From Obrimoposthia wandeli (Eukaryota): a stretch of DNA of 64,000 nt. The DNA is taken from contig CDROCS010001143.1 in NCBI GenBank assembly GCA_977020255.1, positions 124,001-188,000 on the forward strand. Reading direction: 5' to 3'. The notes under the pieces are model-generated. The model worked only from the letters and a program-made list of their open reading frames with translations. It was not told where the DNA came from and did no database searches. The position numbers and the translations under genes are program-made. Position 1 is the first letter of the stretch. Each line of letters begins with the position of its first letter. Positions 10,229 through 20,537 of this stretch are shown one piece after another.

Positions 10229-11634
10229 TGCAAGCGCTTAGTAATTGGTTTGGTAACATGCACTCAATCGACATAGGTCTGATTGTTTCTGGCTTTATGC
10301 TGTTCATGGTAATCATAGGTGTAAGAGTAGCTTTTGCCGCTGCGGCCGCAGGCTTTCTCGGTTTAGTATGGATATTTAGCAACAAGCTCGGTTTTGATAA
10401 AGGTGTAATCGTCGCGATGAAAATGGCGGGTACTATTCCTCACTCAAAAGCGACCACTTTATCACTTTCACTCATCCCTACTTTTATATTAATTGGTTAC
10501 TTAGCCTATTATGCTGGACTAACTAAAGCGTTGTTTACCGCCGCTAAACGTTGGGTAGGCTGGTTACCAGGTGGCCTAGGCGTCGCGACTGTTTTCTCTA
10601 CCGCAGGTTTTGCCGCTGTATCAGGTGCATCTGTCGCGACTTCGGCCGTTTTTGCGCGTATTGCTATCCCTGAAATGCTTAAAGTTGGTTACCAAAAAAG
10701 CTTTGCAGCCGGAGTTGTTGCAGCTGGCGGTACTTTAGCGTCGCTCATTCCGCCTTCTGCAATATTAGTTATTTACGCCATTATCGTTGAGCAAGATGTT
10801 GGTGTACTCCTTATGGCTGGTTTCTTACCGGGTATTGTCTCTGCAATAATTTATGCCGGTTTAGTAATTTTAATGGCGACACTGAATAAAGATTTAGGTC
10901 CTCCTGTTACAGGCTTTACCTGGACAGAGCGCTTTGAATCATTACCAGGCACATTTCCAATATTTTTTGTCATCGGTATTATCATTGTCTGCATTTATGG
11001 TGGTGTAGGCACACCAACAGAAGCAGGCGCTCTAGGTGCCTTTGTAATTTTTCTAATGGCGCTTTATAAAGGCATGAAGTGGAATAATTTTAAAGACGCG
11101 CTCGTGGAATCCGCAAAACTTACCGTGATGATCTTTACCATCATTTGGGGAGTTCTATTATACGTTCGCTTTTTAGGTTTTGCAGACTTACCCACAGCAT
11201 TCTCCGATTGGATTACTAGCTTAGACCAAACACCTATGATTACCTTAATCTGCATTTTATTAGCTTATGCGGTATTAGGTATGTTCATGGATGCTATCGG
11301 GATGTTGTTGCTAACGCTGCCTATCACCTATCCTGCTGTCATCGCCCTTAACGGCGGCGAAGACGTAACAGCCGCTGATTCAGCTTTTGGTGTTTCAGGT
11401 ATTGGCTGTGCTATTTGGTTTGGCATTATAGCGGTTAAAATGTGTGAGTTGTGCTTGATTACTCCCCCCATAGGGCTTAACTGCTTTGTGGTCGCAGGGG
11501 TTCGTAAAGATATTTCAGTGCAGGAAGTTTTTAAAGGAGTTACTCCATTTTTTGCCGCTGATGTCACAACCATAGGTGTTTTAATCGCCTTTCCAAGTAT
11601 TGTGCTTTGGCTACCTTCTTTAATTAATGGCTAA
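10228..11634 (+). CDS. dctM: TRAP transporter large permease (DctM family)
   Basis: Highly hydrophobic, GTLASLIPPS and LITPPIGLN motifs; start overlaps the dctQ stop (TAATG). Confidence 0.92.
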   Translation: MQALSNWFGNMHSIDIGLIVSGFMLFMVIIGVRVAFAAAAAGFLGLVWIFSNKLGFDKGVIVAMKMAGTIPHSKATTLSLSLIPTFILIGYLAYYAGLTKALFTAAKRWVGWLPGGLGVATVFSTAGFAAVSGASVATSAVFARIAIPEMLKVGYQKSFAAGVVAAGGTLASLIPPSAILVIYAIIVEQDVGVLLMAGFLPGIVSAIIYAGLVILMATLNKDLGPPVTGFTWTERFESLPGTFPIFFVIGIIIVCIYGGVGTPTEAGALGAFVIFLMALYKGMKWNNFKDALVESAKLTVMIFTIIWGVLLYVRFLGFADLPTAFSDWITSLDQTPMITLICILLAYAVLGMFMDAIGMLLLTLPITYPAVIALNGGEDVTAADSAFGVSGIGCAIWFGIIAVKMCELCLITPPIGLNCFVVAGVRKDISVQEVFKGVTPFFAADVTTIGVLIAFPSIVLWLPSLING

Positions 11635-11668
11635 TTAAAACTTAAAAGGAAGCTTTAAGATAACAACT

Positions 11669-11708
11669 TTGCTAAATAGGCTCATGATATTATGTGCTTA
11701 TTTAGCAA
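11669..11708. terminator. Hairpin between convergent dctM and polB (likely bidirectional terminator)
   Basis: Arms TTGCTAAATA / TATTTAGCAA extend to about 17 bp with one mismatch and one G-U pair. Confidence 0.6.
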
Positions 11709-11721
11709 GTATTCGTTTAAT

Positions 11722-14100
11722 CTAAAATAATCCTATCTGCAAACTAACTAGCTGCTCAAAAGAACTACCTTTTACCGCAAGTAGTGCATCTAGGGCTGGT
11801 TTTAACTGTTTATCTATATAATGATCATAGTCTAATTTAGAAACTAAACACTCCTCAGGCTCTGCTCCATTTACAGTGATGTAATATCTAATCACCTGCC
11901 CTCGTGTCACTTGTTCCTGTAGTTTCTCATCGAGATAGTATTGCTGCAGTTTTAAAGCCGCTTGTGCATGTGGAGGTCTATTTTTTTGATAATCTTGCAC
12001 CGGCTGGCGCAGCTTTTTATGATAGAGTAATTGATCATCTAACAAACCACTGCGCACTTGATTAACGGTTTCTTTAATATAGTCTTCATAAGGCAGTTCA
12101 TTAAAAGCGCAGTGGAACACGTGTGACTGCATTTTTTTAGCCAGCTGCGTCCAATCAGAGCGAACATTTTCCATTCCTTTAAATACCATCTGCGTCGTGT
12201 CATCACTGAAATGCTGTAATCCCGCATAACGCTTTTTAGTGCCTAACTCGGAATCGCGCATTGTGGGCATCAAAAATTTTGTATAGTGCGTTTCGTATTC
12301 AAGCTCTAAATAGCTTTCTATCTGGTACTCTTCATTTAAACGTTGCTGCCACCAAAGTGTTAATTCTGTTGCTAAACGCTCGCCAATACTATGAGCTTGA
12401 GCATCACCGCAATCATCACCAAGCCAAACGAACACAGAGTCAGTATCTCCATAAATCACTTTATAGCCATATTGGTTAGCTATTTTTTTCGCTGTTTGAG
12501 TGAGTATTTGATGGCCGCGCAAAGTGATAGATCCCGACAATCGATGATCAAAAAACCTACATGCATTTGAACCAAGTACACCGTACATTGAACTCATTAA
12601 AATTTTGATCGCTTGTGACATCGCTTGATTATCAGCTAATTTTGCCCTGTCTCTTGCAGCCCACAGCTGATTAATAATTTCTGGCAAAATGCTATCGGTT
12701 TTACTAAATAGGGCACCGTTAAATCCTGCTACTAGCTGATCCTTATCTTCTATAATTTTACTTTGTGCTAAGCCAAGCGGATCTATCTTAAAGGTGCGTA
12801 TGATGCTTGGATACAAGCTTTTAAAATCCAGCACTAATACATGCCTGTAGAGACCTGGGATGGAGTCCATAACATAGCCGCCGGGGGACGCCATATCTGA
12901 AACCCCCGAAGCATATTGCGGCGCTACATAACCACTGCGGTGCAGTTTAGGTAAATATAGGTTATCAAACGCGGTTGACCAGCCCCCTACTTTATCTAAA
13001 GGCAAGCCTGTAAGCAGAGTGCGTTCGATTAGATATTCAAGTAGCTTGGCGTGTTCAAAGATAGCTAGCACCAGCTCACAATCCATTAAATTGTATTTAG
13101 CTAGCGCCGGTTTATCATCTTCGAACATCTGAATAATTTCATCTGCACGATGGGAAACACTGTTGACTAATTTCCCTTTGTTTAATAATTGACGAGATAC
13201 GTTTTCTAGAGAAAAACTATCGAACTGGTAAGTAGCCCCTTTTAAAACATCTATACCATCTAGCACAATGCGCCCTTCGATGCGTAGGTAGGTTTTCCCA
13301 CGTGCAGAATGATGTATTTTTGAGCAACTACCATCGCGCCCAACATCTAATTCAACTTGGAGCAGTGCTGCGCGTTGCGCTATCACATTAAAGTCAAAAC
13401 CCACGACATTCCAGCCAATAATGATATCAGCATCGCATTCTTGCATCATCGTTACATAGCTTTGTAGCAGTTGTTTTTCTGATATTTGATACTTGATTAG
13501 TTGGTTATCTAAACCATCGCCTACCATCAAGACTTGCTGGTAGTTTTGATTACTTTGCACACCAATGCACAAAATTTCGCCACTATACATATTGGTTTCA
13601 ATATCCAGAGAAAGGATTTTAAACCGTGGTTGATAATCACCTTTGGTGAGCTTAAACGATTGATGAGTATCTTCAGTGCCATTTTTGAGTGTTTTAACAC
13701 ATACACTTCCGCGAATAAAACGCTCAGTAAGATAGCGATCAACCGCGCGAACATCCTCTTCAATCATCACTATATGCGCATGTTCTAGTTTTTTGATGAT
13801 TTTTCGACTAGCACTCAAACTGCTACTGTAAAGACCTAGCACTGGTTGTTGATTTAAATCTTTTAGCTGTAATTTTTGTAATCGCCAGTCACTCATCGAG
13901 CGCAATAAAAAGCGAATTTCTTGCTCGTCACTTGCAAGTACGAAAAATACTTGTTCTTGATTGGTTACTTGCACACACTGTGCTTGCGCATCTGTCACTA
14001 GCCAGTAACTTAGTACTATCCCAGTGTTGCTATCTTCGTTACTATCTCGCTGACTCGAACAGAGAATAAAACCACTTATCAGTTCATTGGACGTGCTCAT
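11722..14100 (-). CDS. polB: DNA polymerase II (family B)
   Basis: Exonuclease motifs SLDIET and IGWNVVGFD; polymerase motifs DFKSLYPSII, KILMSSMYG and YGDTDS; 792 aa. Confidence 0.96.
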   Translation of the reverse strand: MSTSNELISGFILCSSQRDSNEDSNTGIVLSYWLVTDAQAQCVQVTNQEQVFFVLASDEQEIRFLLRSMSDWRLQKLQLKDLNQQPVLGLYSSSLSASRKIIKKLEHAHIVMIEEDVRAVDRYLTERFIRGSVCVKTLKNGTEDTHQSFKLTKGDYQPRFKILSLDIETNMYSGEILCIGVQSNQNYQQVLMVGDGLDNQLIKYQISEKQLLQSYVTMMQECDADIIIGWNVVGFDFNVIAQRAALLQVELDVGRDGSCSKIHHSARGKTYLRIEGRIVLDGIDVLKGATYQFDSFSLENVSRQLLNKGKLVNSVSHRADEIIQMFEDDKPALAKYNLMDCELVLAIFEHAKLLEYLIERTLLTGLPLDKVGGWSTAFDNLYLPKLHRSGYVAPQYASGVSDMASPGGYVMDSIPGLYRHVLVLDFKSLYPSIIRTFKIDPLGLAQSKIIEDKDQLVAGFNGALFSKTDSILPEIINQLWAARDRAKLADNQAMSQAIKILMSSMYGVLGSNACRFFDHRLSGSITLRGHQILTQTAKKIANQYGYKVIYGDTDSVFVWLGDDCGDAQAHSIGERLATELTLWWQQRLNEEYQIESYLELEYETHYTKFLMPTMRDSELGTKKRYAGLQHFSDDTTQMVFKGMENVRSDWTQLAKKMQSHVFHCAFNELPYEDYIKETVNQVRSGLLDDQLLYHKKLRQPVQDYQKNRPPHAQAALKLQQYYLDEKLQEQVTRGQVIRYYITVNGAEPEECLVSKLDYDHYIDKQLKPALDALLAVKGSSFEQLVSLQIGLF

Positions 14101-14280
14101 CTAGCACCGACAGTGAACACTATATAGTCAAGGTTGGTATAGCTTCTTGATACACTTGGTAAACGAGAGTGTATGCAAGCTTTTAAATAGACAGTGAAAA
14201 AATTGTCTAGTCTCTTTTTTCCACAAATATATTGCCTGCTAAGGCACTGAAAAGCCTTATGCCTAACAAGTAAAATTAGA

Positions 14281-15288
14281 CTAATCAGCAAAAGGGTTGA
14301 TCGTTTGCATTGTTGGGAACTCTGTTTCTAGTAAAGCGCGCTGTTGCTGTTCAAAAATGAGTTTTAAATTGGGTCCTGCGTCCATCGTAAAATACACGCG
14401 AACACCTGCTTCGCGCAGTTGCCAAACCTTATGCATTACCGTGAGTGATTCTGGCAACCAGTACACAAGCGGTGGCCAAGCAGACATCATTGTTGCATGC
14501 ATTGTCATCGCATTTTTTTCAGCACATTCACCCAAAGCGGTAAAATCTTGCGCTGTAATGGCTTGTTCCAATGTCAGCAAATCATCGCCAGCTTGAGCAG
14601 GCCAATTCGAATAAAGATTAGATGTCTCTATGGTTCTTTGCATGCCACTGCGTGAATCAATTGGTTTGGCAGCGCTACTAACTTTTACTAAACCGATACA
14701 AAAACCTGGCCACTGCTGCTCTAACTGACAGGCAACACTATCCATACCATCACTTTTCTTACCCATATCCCATCTGACAAATCCGCGATAGATTGAACGC
14801 GAAGCACTACCGCTGCCCATTCTTGCAAAAGCAGATAACTGCGTTTTTTGTAAATTCAAACTAAAAAAGTCATCGATGGCTAACATCAGTGCTGCAAAGC
14901 CTGATGCGGATGAAGCCAAACCTGCCGCCGTTGGAATATTATTGCGCGTATCTATAATTAAAGGGAGATGTTGAGTACGGCGAAATAAATTCACAAAATC
15001 AATCACTTTACGGCTAAAGTTGCTTTCAGGCGCTAGCGCTTTGTTGTTCAAGCGAACAATATCTTTTCCATTATCGCTAAGGCTTATACTGGTATGTGAA
15101 CCTAAATGCGCCAGGGAGATAGACAAGCTAGAATTAATCGGTAAATTAAGCTCTGCATCTCGCTTACCCCAGTATTTGCAAAGGGCAATATTACTAGGAG
15201 CAAAGGCGGTTACGCTTTGCTTTGGCTCTAAAGTAGTGTTTAAGAATTGATTGATGACAGTAGCTTTATCGATCAACTTAGCATTCAT
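14281..15288 (-). CDS. mvaD: Diphosphomevalonate decarboxylase
   Basis: APSNIALCKYWGKRD, PTAAGLASSASG, GSGSASRS, FTMDAGPN. Start moved to the ATG of MNAKLID. Confidence 0.95.
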   Translation of the reverse strand: MNAKLIDKATVINQFLNTTLEPKQSVTAFAPSNIALCKYWGKRDAELNLPINSSLSISLAHLGSHTSISLSDNGKDIVRLNNKALAPESNFSRKVIDFVNLFRRTQHLPLIIDTRNNIPTAAGLASSASGFAALMLAIDDFFSLNLQKTQLSAFARMGSGSASRSIYRGFVRWDMGKKSDGMDSVACQLEQQWPGFCIGLVKVSSAAKPIDSRSGMQRTIETSNLYSNWPAQAGDDLLTLEQAITAQDFTALGECAEKNAMTMHATMMSAWPPLVYWLPESLTVMHKVWQLREAGVRVYFTMDAGPNLKLIFEQQQRALLETEFPTMQTINPFAD

Positions 15289-16216
15289 GACAAACAATTC
15301 CTTCGTTTGAAGTGTTAAATTTAATTTGCTGATAGTTATCAAGATCAAACTGGCAACCTAGCGATATAACACAATCACCTAAACCTGATCCTGATATTTT
15401 GGCGCCTAAAATACCCGCCTCAATGCCTGCTTCGCTGCGCAGCTGATACACAATGTCACTTAAAGCAGCGTCATTAACACCTAAGCTATCAAGCTGACCT
15501 TGGTACATATTCATCAACTCACCTAACAATACCCATTGCTGACTTTCAATAGCCGCTATTGCTGCAACTGTAATGCTGTTCATCAGCTCGTAAATAGCAT
15601 GATGCAGAGCAGGAACCAGTTGCTCTTTTTTAGCCACTAGTGCCAGCACTGTTGCAGTGGTTGTTTTATAGCCAACGTAATGTAGCGATAGCTGGGGTAT
15701 TAAAGGCAATTTTTTAACACTACATGGTGTTATTTGATAGGCGATAATACCACCGTAGATACTTGCTGCTAAATCCGTACCTGAACCGCGCCCCTGTACT
15801 GCATGTACAACCGCGAGAGACAGCTGCAAATGTTGTTTATTTGATAAAGCTTGTTTCGTATATTGTGCTAGCGCTTTAACAGTGGCCGCGGTTACAGCGG
15901 CTGATGATCCTAAACCAAGCGTATGAGAAAACTGCGCTGTTATTTTCAGCTCAAACCCTGTCAGTAAATTGGCTAGCTGTAGCTCAATTGCCTTGAGCAC
16001 AAAGGTTAAATTTTTATCGCTCTTTAAATCATCTAAGCTAGCGCTATACTGCGCGAGTACAGAGTCTATTTTGATAATACGGTCTGCGCGCGGTGTTAAA
16101 ACCACTTCAATGTATTTATCCACGGCGCAAGCGATTGCCCAGTGACCTTTTACAACTGCATGCTCGCCCATTAACATCACGCTACCTGGAGCACGTACTT
16201 TGATCTTACTAGACAT
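15278..16216 (-). CDS. mvaK2: Phosphomevalonate kinase (GHMP family)
   Basis: APGSVMLMGEHAVV, LGLGSSAA, GSGTDLAASIYGG, KISGSGLGDC. Start moved to MSSKIK. The PMK rather than MVK call rests on the GSGxD and GDC motifs. Confidence 0.8.
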   Translation of the reverse strand: MSSKIKVRAPGSVMLMGEHAVVKGHWAIACAVDKYIEVVLTPRADRIIKIDSVLAQYSASLDDLKSDKNLTFVLKAIELQLANLLTGFELKITAQFSHTLGLGSSAAVTAATVKALAQYTKQALSNKQHLQLSLAVVHAVQGRGSGTDLAASIYGGIIAYQITPCSVKKLPLIPQLSLHYVGYKTTTATVLALVAKKEQLVPALHHAIYELMNSITVAAIAAIESQQWVLLGELMNMYQGQLDSLGVNDAALSDIVYQLRSEAGIEAGILGAKISGSGLGDCVISLGCQFDLDNYQQIKFNTSNEGIVCHEC

Positions 16217-17216
16217 CTTTGTATATAACCCTCGCACCTTGCATATCTTGTGCAACTTTTCCCCATTTCATATTAAAACCAGCAAACAGTTGTTCAGCAC
16301 TATTATTGGGCGCATAAACTAATAGTAATCCTGAAGAATCCCCAATGTATGCACCAGCACCAGACACCTTTGCCGTGCCGCCGCGATCTTTCAAGGTTTT
16401 AATTATGCTTTGGGTACGTTTCGAAACCACTCCAATATGCTCTAATAGTTGCTGGTTTTGTTCAATGATCGCACTAGGGTCTTTTCCTGCTTGCAGTGCT
16501 TCGATCATCAGCTGCGTGCAGCTGGCAAATGCTTGCCATAAAGGTGCATCAACTGCGTGCTCTTTTGCTACAAAACTCACACATTCTCCCGTAGAGCACT
16601 GTGGTGTCCCGGTAAACAGCCAATACCAATTATCATTTAAGCGCAGGCTTAGCTTCTCTACCTGTTGTTCTTGCACTTGAACTGCTCCGCCTAAAATAAC
16701 TGTGGCAGCATCAATTAAACTGCCTTTACCGTGCTGTAATCTTTCACAGTGTTTAACCAGTTTATAGCGTTCAGTAGGAGTAAGTGATTTTTTATTGATG
16801 GATTCAACCAAGACCACTGCTGCTGCAATAATAGATGCAGATGACCCCATTCCAGCACCAATAGGTAGCTGACTATCACCATTAAAATGTGCACTTAAAG
16901 ATTGAGTAGGTAACTGGGAAGCAAGTACGTAAAGCACTAACTGCACAGGTGAGCTGAGAATTTTATCTACTTGAATAGCCCCATCAACAAACTTTTGAAA
17001 CTGGCGATCCAAAAATGAAACCAATGGTGTTAATTTCGCGATGGGGTGATTTGAATGCACTTTAATACCGATAAACTCGGCGATTAAATCCGAGCCCTTT
17101 ATCGGCGTGTAATCGATATAGCTATAAAGCTGGATTGCTGAGGCAACCGCTGGTGCACCATAGACAACAGAGTGCTCACCACTTAAAATTATTTTACCCG
17201 GCGCACAACCTTGCAT
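16209..17216 (-). CDS. mvaK1: Mevalonate kinase (GHMP family)
   Basis: APGKIILSGEHSVVYGAPA, PIGAGMGSSAS, HGKGSLID, KVSGAG. Confidence 0.85.
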   Translation of the reverse strand: MQGCAPGKIILSGEHSVVYGAPAVASAIQLYSYIDYTPIKGSDLIAEFIGIKVHSNHPIAKLTPLVSFLDRQFQKFVDGAIQVDKILSSPVQLVLYVLASQLPTQSLSAHFNGDSQLPIGAGMGSSASIIAAAVVLVESINKKSLTPTERYKLVKHCERLQHGKGSLIDAATVILGGAVQVQEQQVEKLSLRLNDNWYWLFTGTPQCSTGECVSFVAKEHAVDAPLWQAFASCTQLMIEALQAGKDPSAIIEQNQQLLEHIGVVSKRTQSIIKTLKDRGGTAKVSGAGAYIGDSSGLLLVYAPNNSAEQLFAGFNMKWGKVAQDMQGARVIYKDV

Positions 17217-18385
17217 CAGCGCGCAACATACTCACGTTTATGCTCACTAATTTGTGCTAATCGGTAGCGTCCTTGTGTATCTTCATCAAAAACAACCGTT
17301 TCGCCATCTTGTGGGTCTGCCGTGTGGTATAAACTTAAGTATTGCTGGTAATTGAGTTCACTGCGATTCACAAGCATCTGCGTATGCTCTGCTTTAAACA
17401 AACACTGCTGATAACCTTTAACAACTGTCCCTGTAAAAAATTCAGCAACGCAGCCAGAACCATAGCTAAAAAAGCCAATTTTTTGCTGCGCTAAATCTTC
17501 ATTCTCATTTTCCAACAGTGATGTAAAACCAATAAATAACGCTGCAGAATAACTATTGCCCATTAATTTATTATATAAAAGTGATCCTGCGACTTGTGCA
17601 TCAATCGCTCCTGCGTCTAAAACACTTTTATTGACTTTTGATAAGTGCTTGTGCGCTTTTTGTGCCATACGACTGAAAGGTAGGTGGTAACAGAAATGGC
17701 TAATATCGCCAAAACTAACTTGGCTGGCTTGTGTAAAATGCTCCCAAGATTTCTTTAATGATTTCAGGTATATTTTAGTAGAGTATTTGCCATCAACAAT
17801 CGCTGTTTTACGGTAGTTCGGACGCCAAAAATCCATCACATCTTCAGTGTAATTACCCACTTCAGGGTCTATCTCTAAAATTCTAGGGTTGGCTTTTATC
17901 AATAACGCAACCGCTCCGCATCCTTGAGTCGCTTCACCTGGGCTATCTAATTCGTACTTAGCAATATCTGAAGCAATAACTAGTACCGAGGTCTCAGGTT
18001 GTCGTGCAACTAGTGCACAAGCCATTTGCACCGCTGCAGTAGCAGAATAGCAAGCTTGTTTAAGTTCCACAACTCGACAGTTCTCACTTAAACCTAACAA
18101 GCGGTGTACATAAACACCTGCTGATTTAGATTGATCGATACCTGTTTCAGTTGCAAACAAAAGAGTGGACACATTTTTACTGGCACTGTCTTTAAAGAGC
18201 GGTGCTGCAGCACTTGCTGCCATAGTCACAATATCTTCATCATGGGCTGCCATACCCATTCTTTCTTGGCCTATACCTACATAATACTTATCTGGATCCG
18301 TATTTTGCGCTCTGGCAAGTGTACGCAAATCCAAATAATAGTTAGATGTATAAAAGCTGATTTGATCAATACCAACAGATGACAT
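17216..18385 (-). CDS. mvaS: Hydroxymethylglutaryl-CoA synthase
   Basis: EDIVTMA, ELKQACYSAT (catalytic Cys), GEATQGCG, YHLPF, GNSYSA. Start moved to MSSVGID (GAGGA RBS). Confidence 0.95.
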   Translation of the reverse strand: MSSVGIDQISFYTSNYYLDLRTLARAQNTDPDKYYVGIGQERMGMAAHDEDIVTMAASAAAPLFKDSASKNVSTLLFATETGIDQSKSAGVYVHRLLGLSENCRVVELKQACYSATAAVQMACALVARQPETSVLVIASDIAKYELDSPGEATQGCGAVALLIKANPRILEIDPEVGNYTEDVMDFWRPNYRKTAIVDGKYSTKIYLKSLKKSWEHFTQASQVSFGDISHFCYHLPFSRMAQKAHKHLSKVNKSVLDAGAIDAQVAGSLLYNKLMGNSYSAALFIGFTSLLENENEDLAQQKIGFFSYGSGCVAEFFTGTVVKGYQQCLFKAEHTQMLVNRSELNYQQYLSLYHTADPQDGETVVFDEDTQGRYRLAQISEHKREYVAR

Positions 18386-18399
18386 ACTTGGTTCGTTCC

Positions 18400-19464
18400 T
18401 CAACACTCTGGAAAATGCTCTTTTAATAATAAAGAGTCATTTTTAAAGAGGCTTTTGATATCTTTCATTCCTAAAAGGAACATTGCAGTTTTAAATTCAC
18501 GCTGTAATCGCTCAATCTCTATAATCACAGCATCAGTGGAGTCCATAGCCGGCTTTAAAAACGGCGAGGCTAACCCACAAATTGAGGCGCCGAGTATAAC
18601 AGACTTAACCATGTCTATCCCATTCCTAACACCACCACTACTAATTAAAGTTGCGCTATGTGTATAAGAATTCAACATTTTAAGTGAAGTGACGGTATCT
18701 ATTCCCCAATCTTGAAAACATAAACCTAATGCGCTATTTGGATTGGTCACGGCACTTTGTCGATTTTGATTACGATGATGTTCAATACGACTCCAAGAAG
18801 TACCGCCTTTGCCAGCCACATCAAAATACTTCACACCCGCAGCTAAACCTTGCTCTATATCAGCGATACAAAATCCAGAGCCAACTTCCTTCAGTAAAAC
18901 AGGCTTATCTAACCCCGTGACAATTTGTTTGATTTTAATATGCAAGTCACTAAAATCAGTATCGCCTTCAGGCTGTACCGCTTCCTGTAGTGGATTTAGA
19001 TGTAAATATAGGCCATCTGCTTGCAAAATATCTACCGCAGCTTTGGCTTGCTCTAATCCAAAACCGGCATTTAGTTGCACTGCGCCAATATTACTTAAAA
19101 GCACAGTCGTTGGCGCAAACTCACGCAATTTAAAACTTTGTTCCGCTGCTTTATGGTTAAACATTACGCGCTGCGAACCCACCGCTAATGCAACTTTACA
19201 GTGTTCTGCAGCTTCAGCTAGATGCTTGTTAATCTTTCTAATTACCGCATGATCACCACCCGTCATAGAAGATATTAGTAAAGGGAAAGCCAATTGTTTA
19301 CCTAAAAATTCACAACGAGTATCAACACTGTTTAAAGCAATACCTGGCAGAGCACGATGCACGAGCTTTAGCGCATCAAAATAATGCCCTTGTCGATCGA
19401 TTAAAGCATCGTTGTTAATTACCTCGATGTGCTCAATTTTTCGGTTATTAGTCACATCGTTCAT
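18400..19464 (-). CDS. fni: Type 2 isopentenyl-diphosphate delta-isomerase (FMN dependent)
   Basis: RKIEHI, ISSMTGG, AVGSQR, HLNPLQE, KEVGSG, GKGGTSW. Confidence 0.95.
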   Translation of the reverse strand: MNDVTNNRKIEHIEVINNDALIDRQGHYFDALKLVHRALPGIALNSVDTRCEFLGKQLAFPLLISSMTGGDHAVIRKINKHLAEAAEHCKVALAVGSQRVMFNHKAAEQSFKLREFAPTTVLLSNIGAVQLNAGFGLEQAKAAVDILQADGLYLHLNPLQEAVQPEGDTDFSDLHIKIKQIVTGLDKPVLLKEVGSGFCIADIEQGLAAGVKYFDVAGKGGTSWSRIEHHRNQNRQSAVTNPNSALGLCFQDWGIDTVTSLKMLNSYTHSATLISSGGVRNGIDMVKSVILGASICGLASPFLKPAMDSTDAVIIEIERLQREFKTAMFLLGMKDIKSLFKNDSLLLKEHFPEC

Positions 19465-20498
19465 GTGCGCTCCAAATTAATATGCGCTTGCATTAATTCG
19501 CCCGGATTAGTTTGTGCAGCGAGCAATGACAATTCCCCACAAAGTACCGTTGCCGCACAAATAGCAGCTAAACGTTGCGCGTTTTGACCAGCAGATCTCT
19601 GCTCTTTACACCCTAAACGAACTAGGTTTTGTTCCACGAAATCCAAACCTTTACCATTGCCCACTGTTCCTACGATTAAATTGGGGATTGTACACGAAAA
19701 ATATAAATCATCTCCTCTTACTTCAGCATGTACAACGCCTTGTGAGCCTTCGATGATATTGGCCGCATCTTGCCCCGTTGCTAAATAAAATGCTAATAAC
19801 ATATTGGCGTAATGCGCATTAGCGCTGCGAAGCCCGCCCGCTATCATAGTGCCAATGAGGTTCTTTTTAATATTTAAATCGACCATTTTTTCCGGTGTTG
19901 TATTTAGTTTTCGCAAACATAAGTCTCTAGAAATAATAATTTCAGTGACCACATTCTTACCCCTGCCTAAAATGCCATTTACTGCGGTCGCTTTTTTATC
20001 AGAGCAGTAATTGGCAGAGATCGATGAATAGCGTAAAAATGGATATTGCTGCAAGATCCATGGAAATATTTGATCAGCAGCATTAGTCACCATGTTGTGG
20101 CCGGAGGCATCGCCAGTCGTAAATTCAAACCTTAAATAGAGTAAGTTACCGACTATTTGTGCATTGATATCGATTAACTTGGCAAAGCGACTTGATAAAC
20201 TTACTACCTCATTTAATTCAGAAAATCGTGATTTAATCGATTGAAGAGCTTGCACAGCTTGTTGAGCATTATCCGCTTCTACTAAAATTGAACGGCTCAT
20301 TCGCTCATCCACAATCGTGGTTAAAATACCTTCAGTTAACGTAGAAACACGCGCACCTCTGCCAACAGAGTGCCACAACGGAGTTTCATACGTAGCCAGT
20401 GGAACAGAAATTTTTTCTGCAAGTGTTGCTCCGCTAATCTTCATCGGACCTACCCAGCGCATAGGAATAGGGGCTTGCAAAATTTTGTGCTGTTTCAT
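19461..20498 (-). CDS. mvaA: HMG-CoA reductase, short soluble class I-like type
   Basis: PLATYETPL, TTGDASGHNMVT, SANYCSDKK, GTVGNG, GELSLLAA, catalytic His near the C-terminus. Start moved to ATG 20498; ATGA overlap with fni. Confidence 0.92.
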   Translation of the reverse strand: MKQHKILQAPIPMRWVGPMKISGATLAEKISVPLATYETPLWHSVGRGARVSTLTEGILTTIVDERMSRSILVEADNAQQAVQALQSIKSRFSELNEVVSLSSRFAKLIDINAQIVGNLLYLRFEFTTGDASGHNMVTNAADQIFPWILQQYPFLRYSSISANYCSDKKATAVNGILGRGKNVVTEIIISRDLCLRKLNTTPEKMVDLNIKKNLIGTMIAGGLRSANAHYANMLLAFYLATGQDAANIIEGSQGVVHAEVRGDDLYFSCTIPNLIVGTVGNGKGLDFVEQNLVRLGCKEQRSAGQNAQRLAAICAATVLCGELSLLAAQTNPGELMQAHINLERT

Positions 20499-20508
20499 TA
20501 AAAATCCC

Positions 20509-20537
20509 AAAAAAAAAGGCTGCCCGTAAGCAACCTT
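20509..20537 (-). terminator. Rho-independent terminator immediately upstream of mvaA
   Basis: Minus strand AAGGTTGCT-TACG-GGCAGCCTT followed by a U run that ends at the GGGA RBS of mvaA. Confidence 0.75.

Noticed and set aside
14101-14280. Possible LexA box upstream of polB, and a GACAGTGAA direct repeat
   Set aside because: The dyad TAGACA-N10-TGTCTA has the reverse polarity of CTGT-N8-ACAG. The 9-bp repeat does not flank the mevalonate operon, so it is not a target-site duplication for it.
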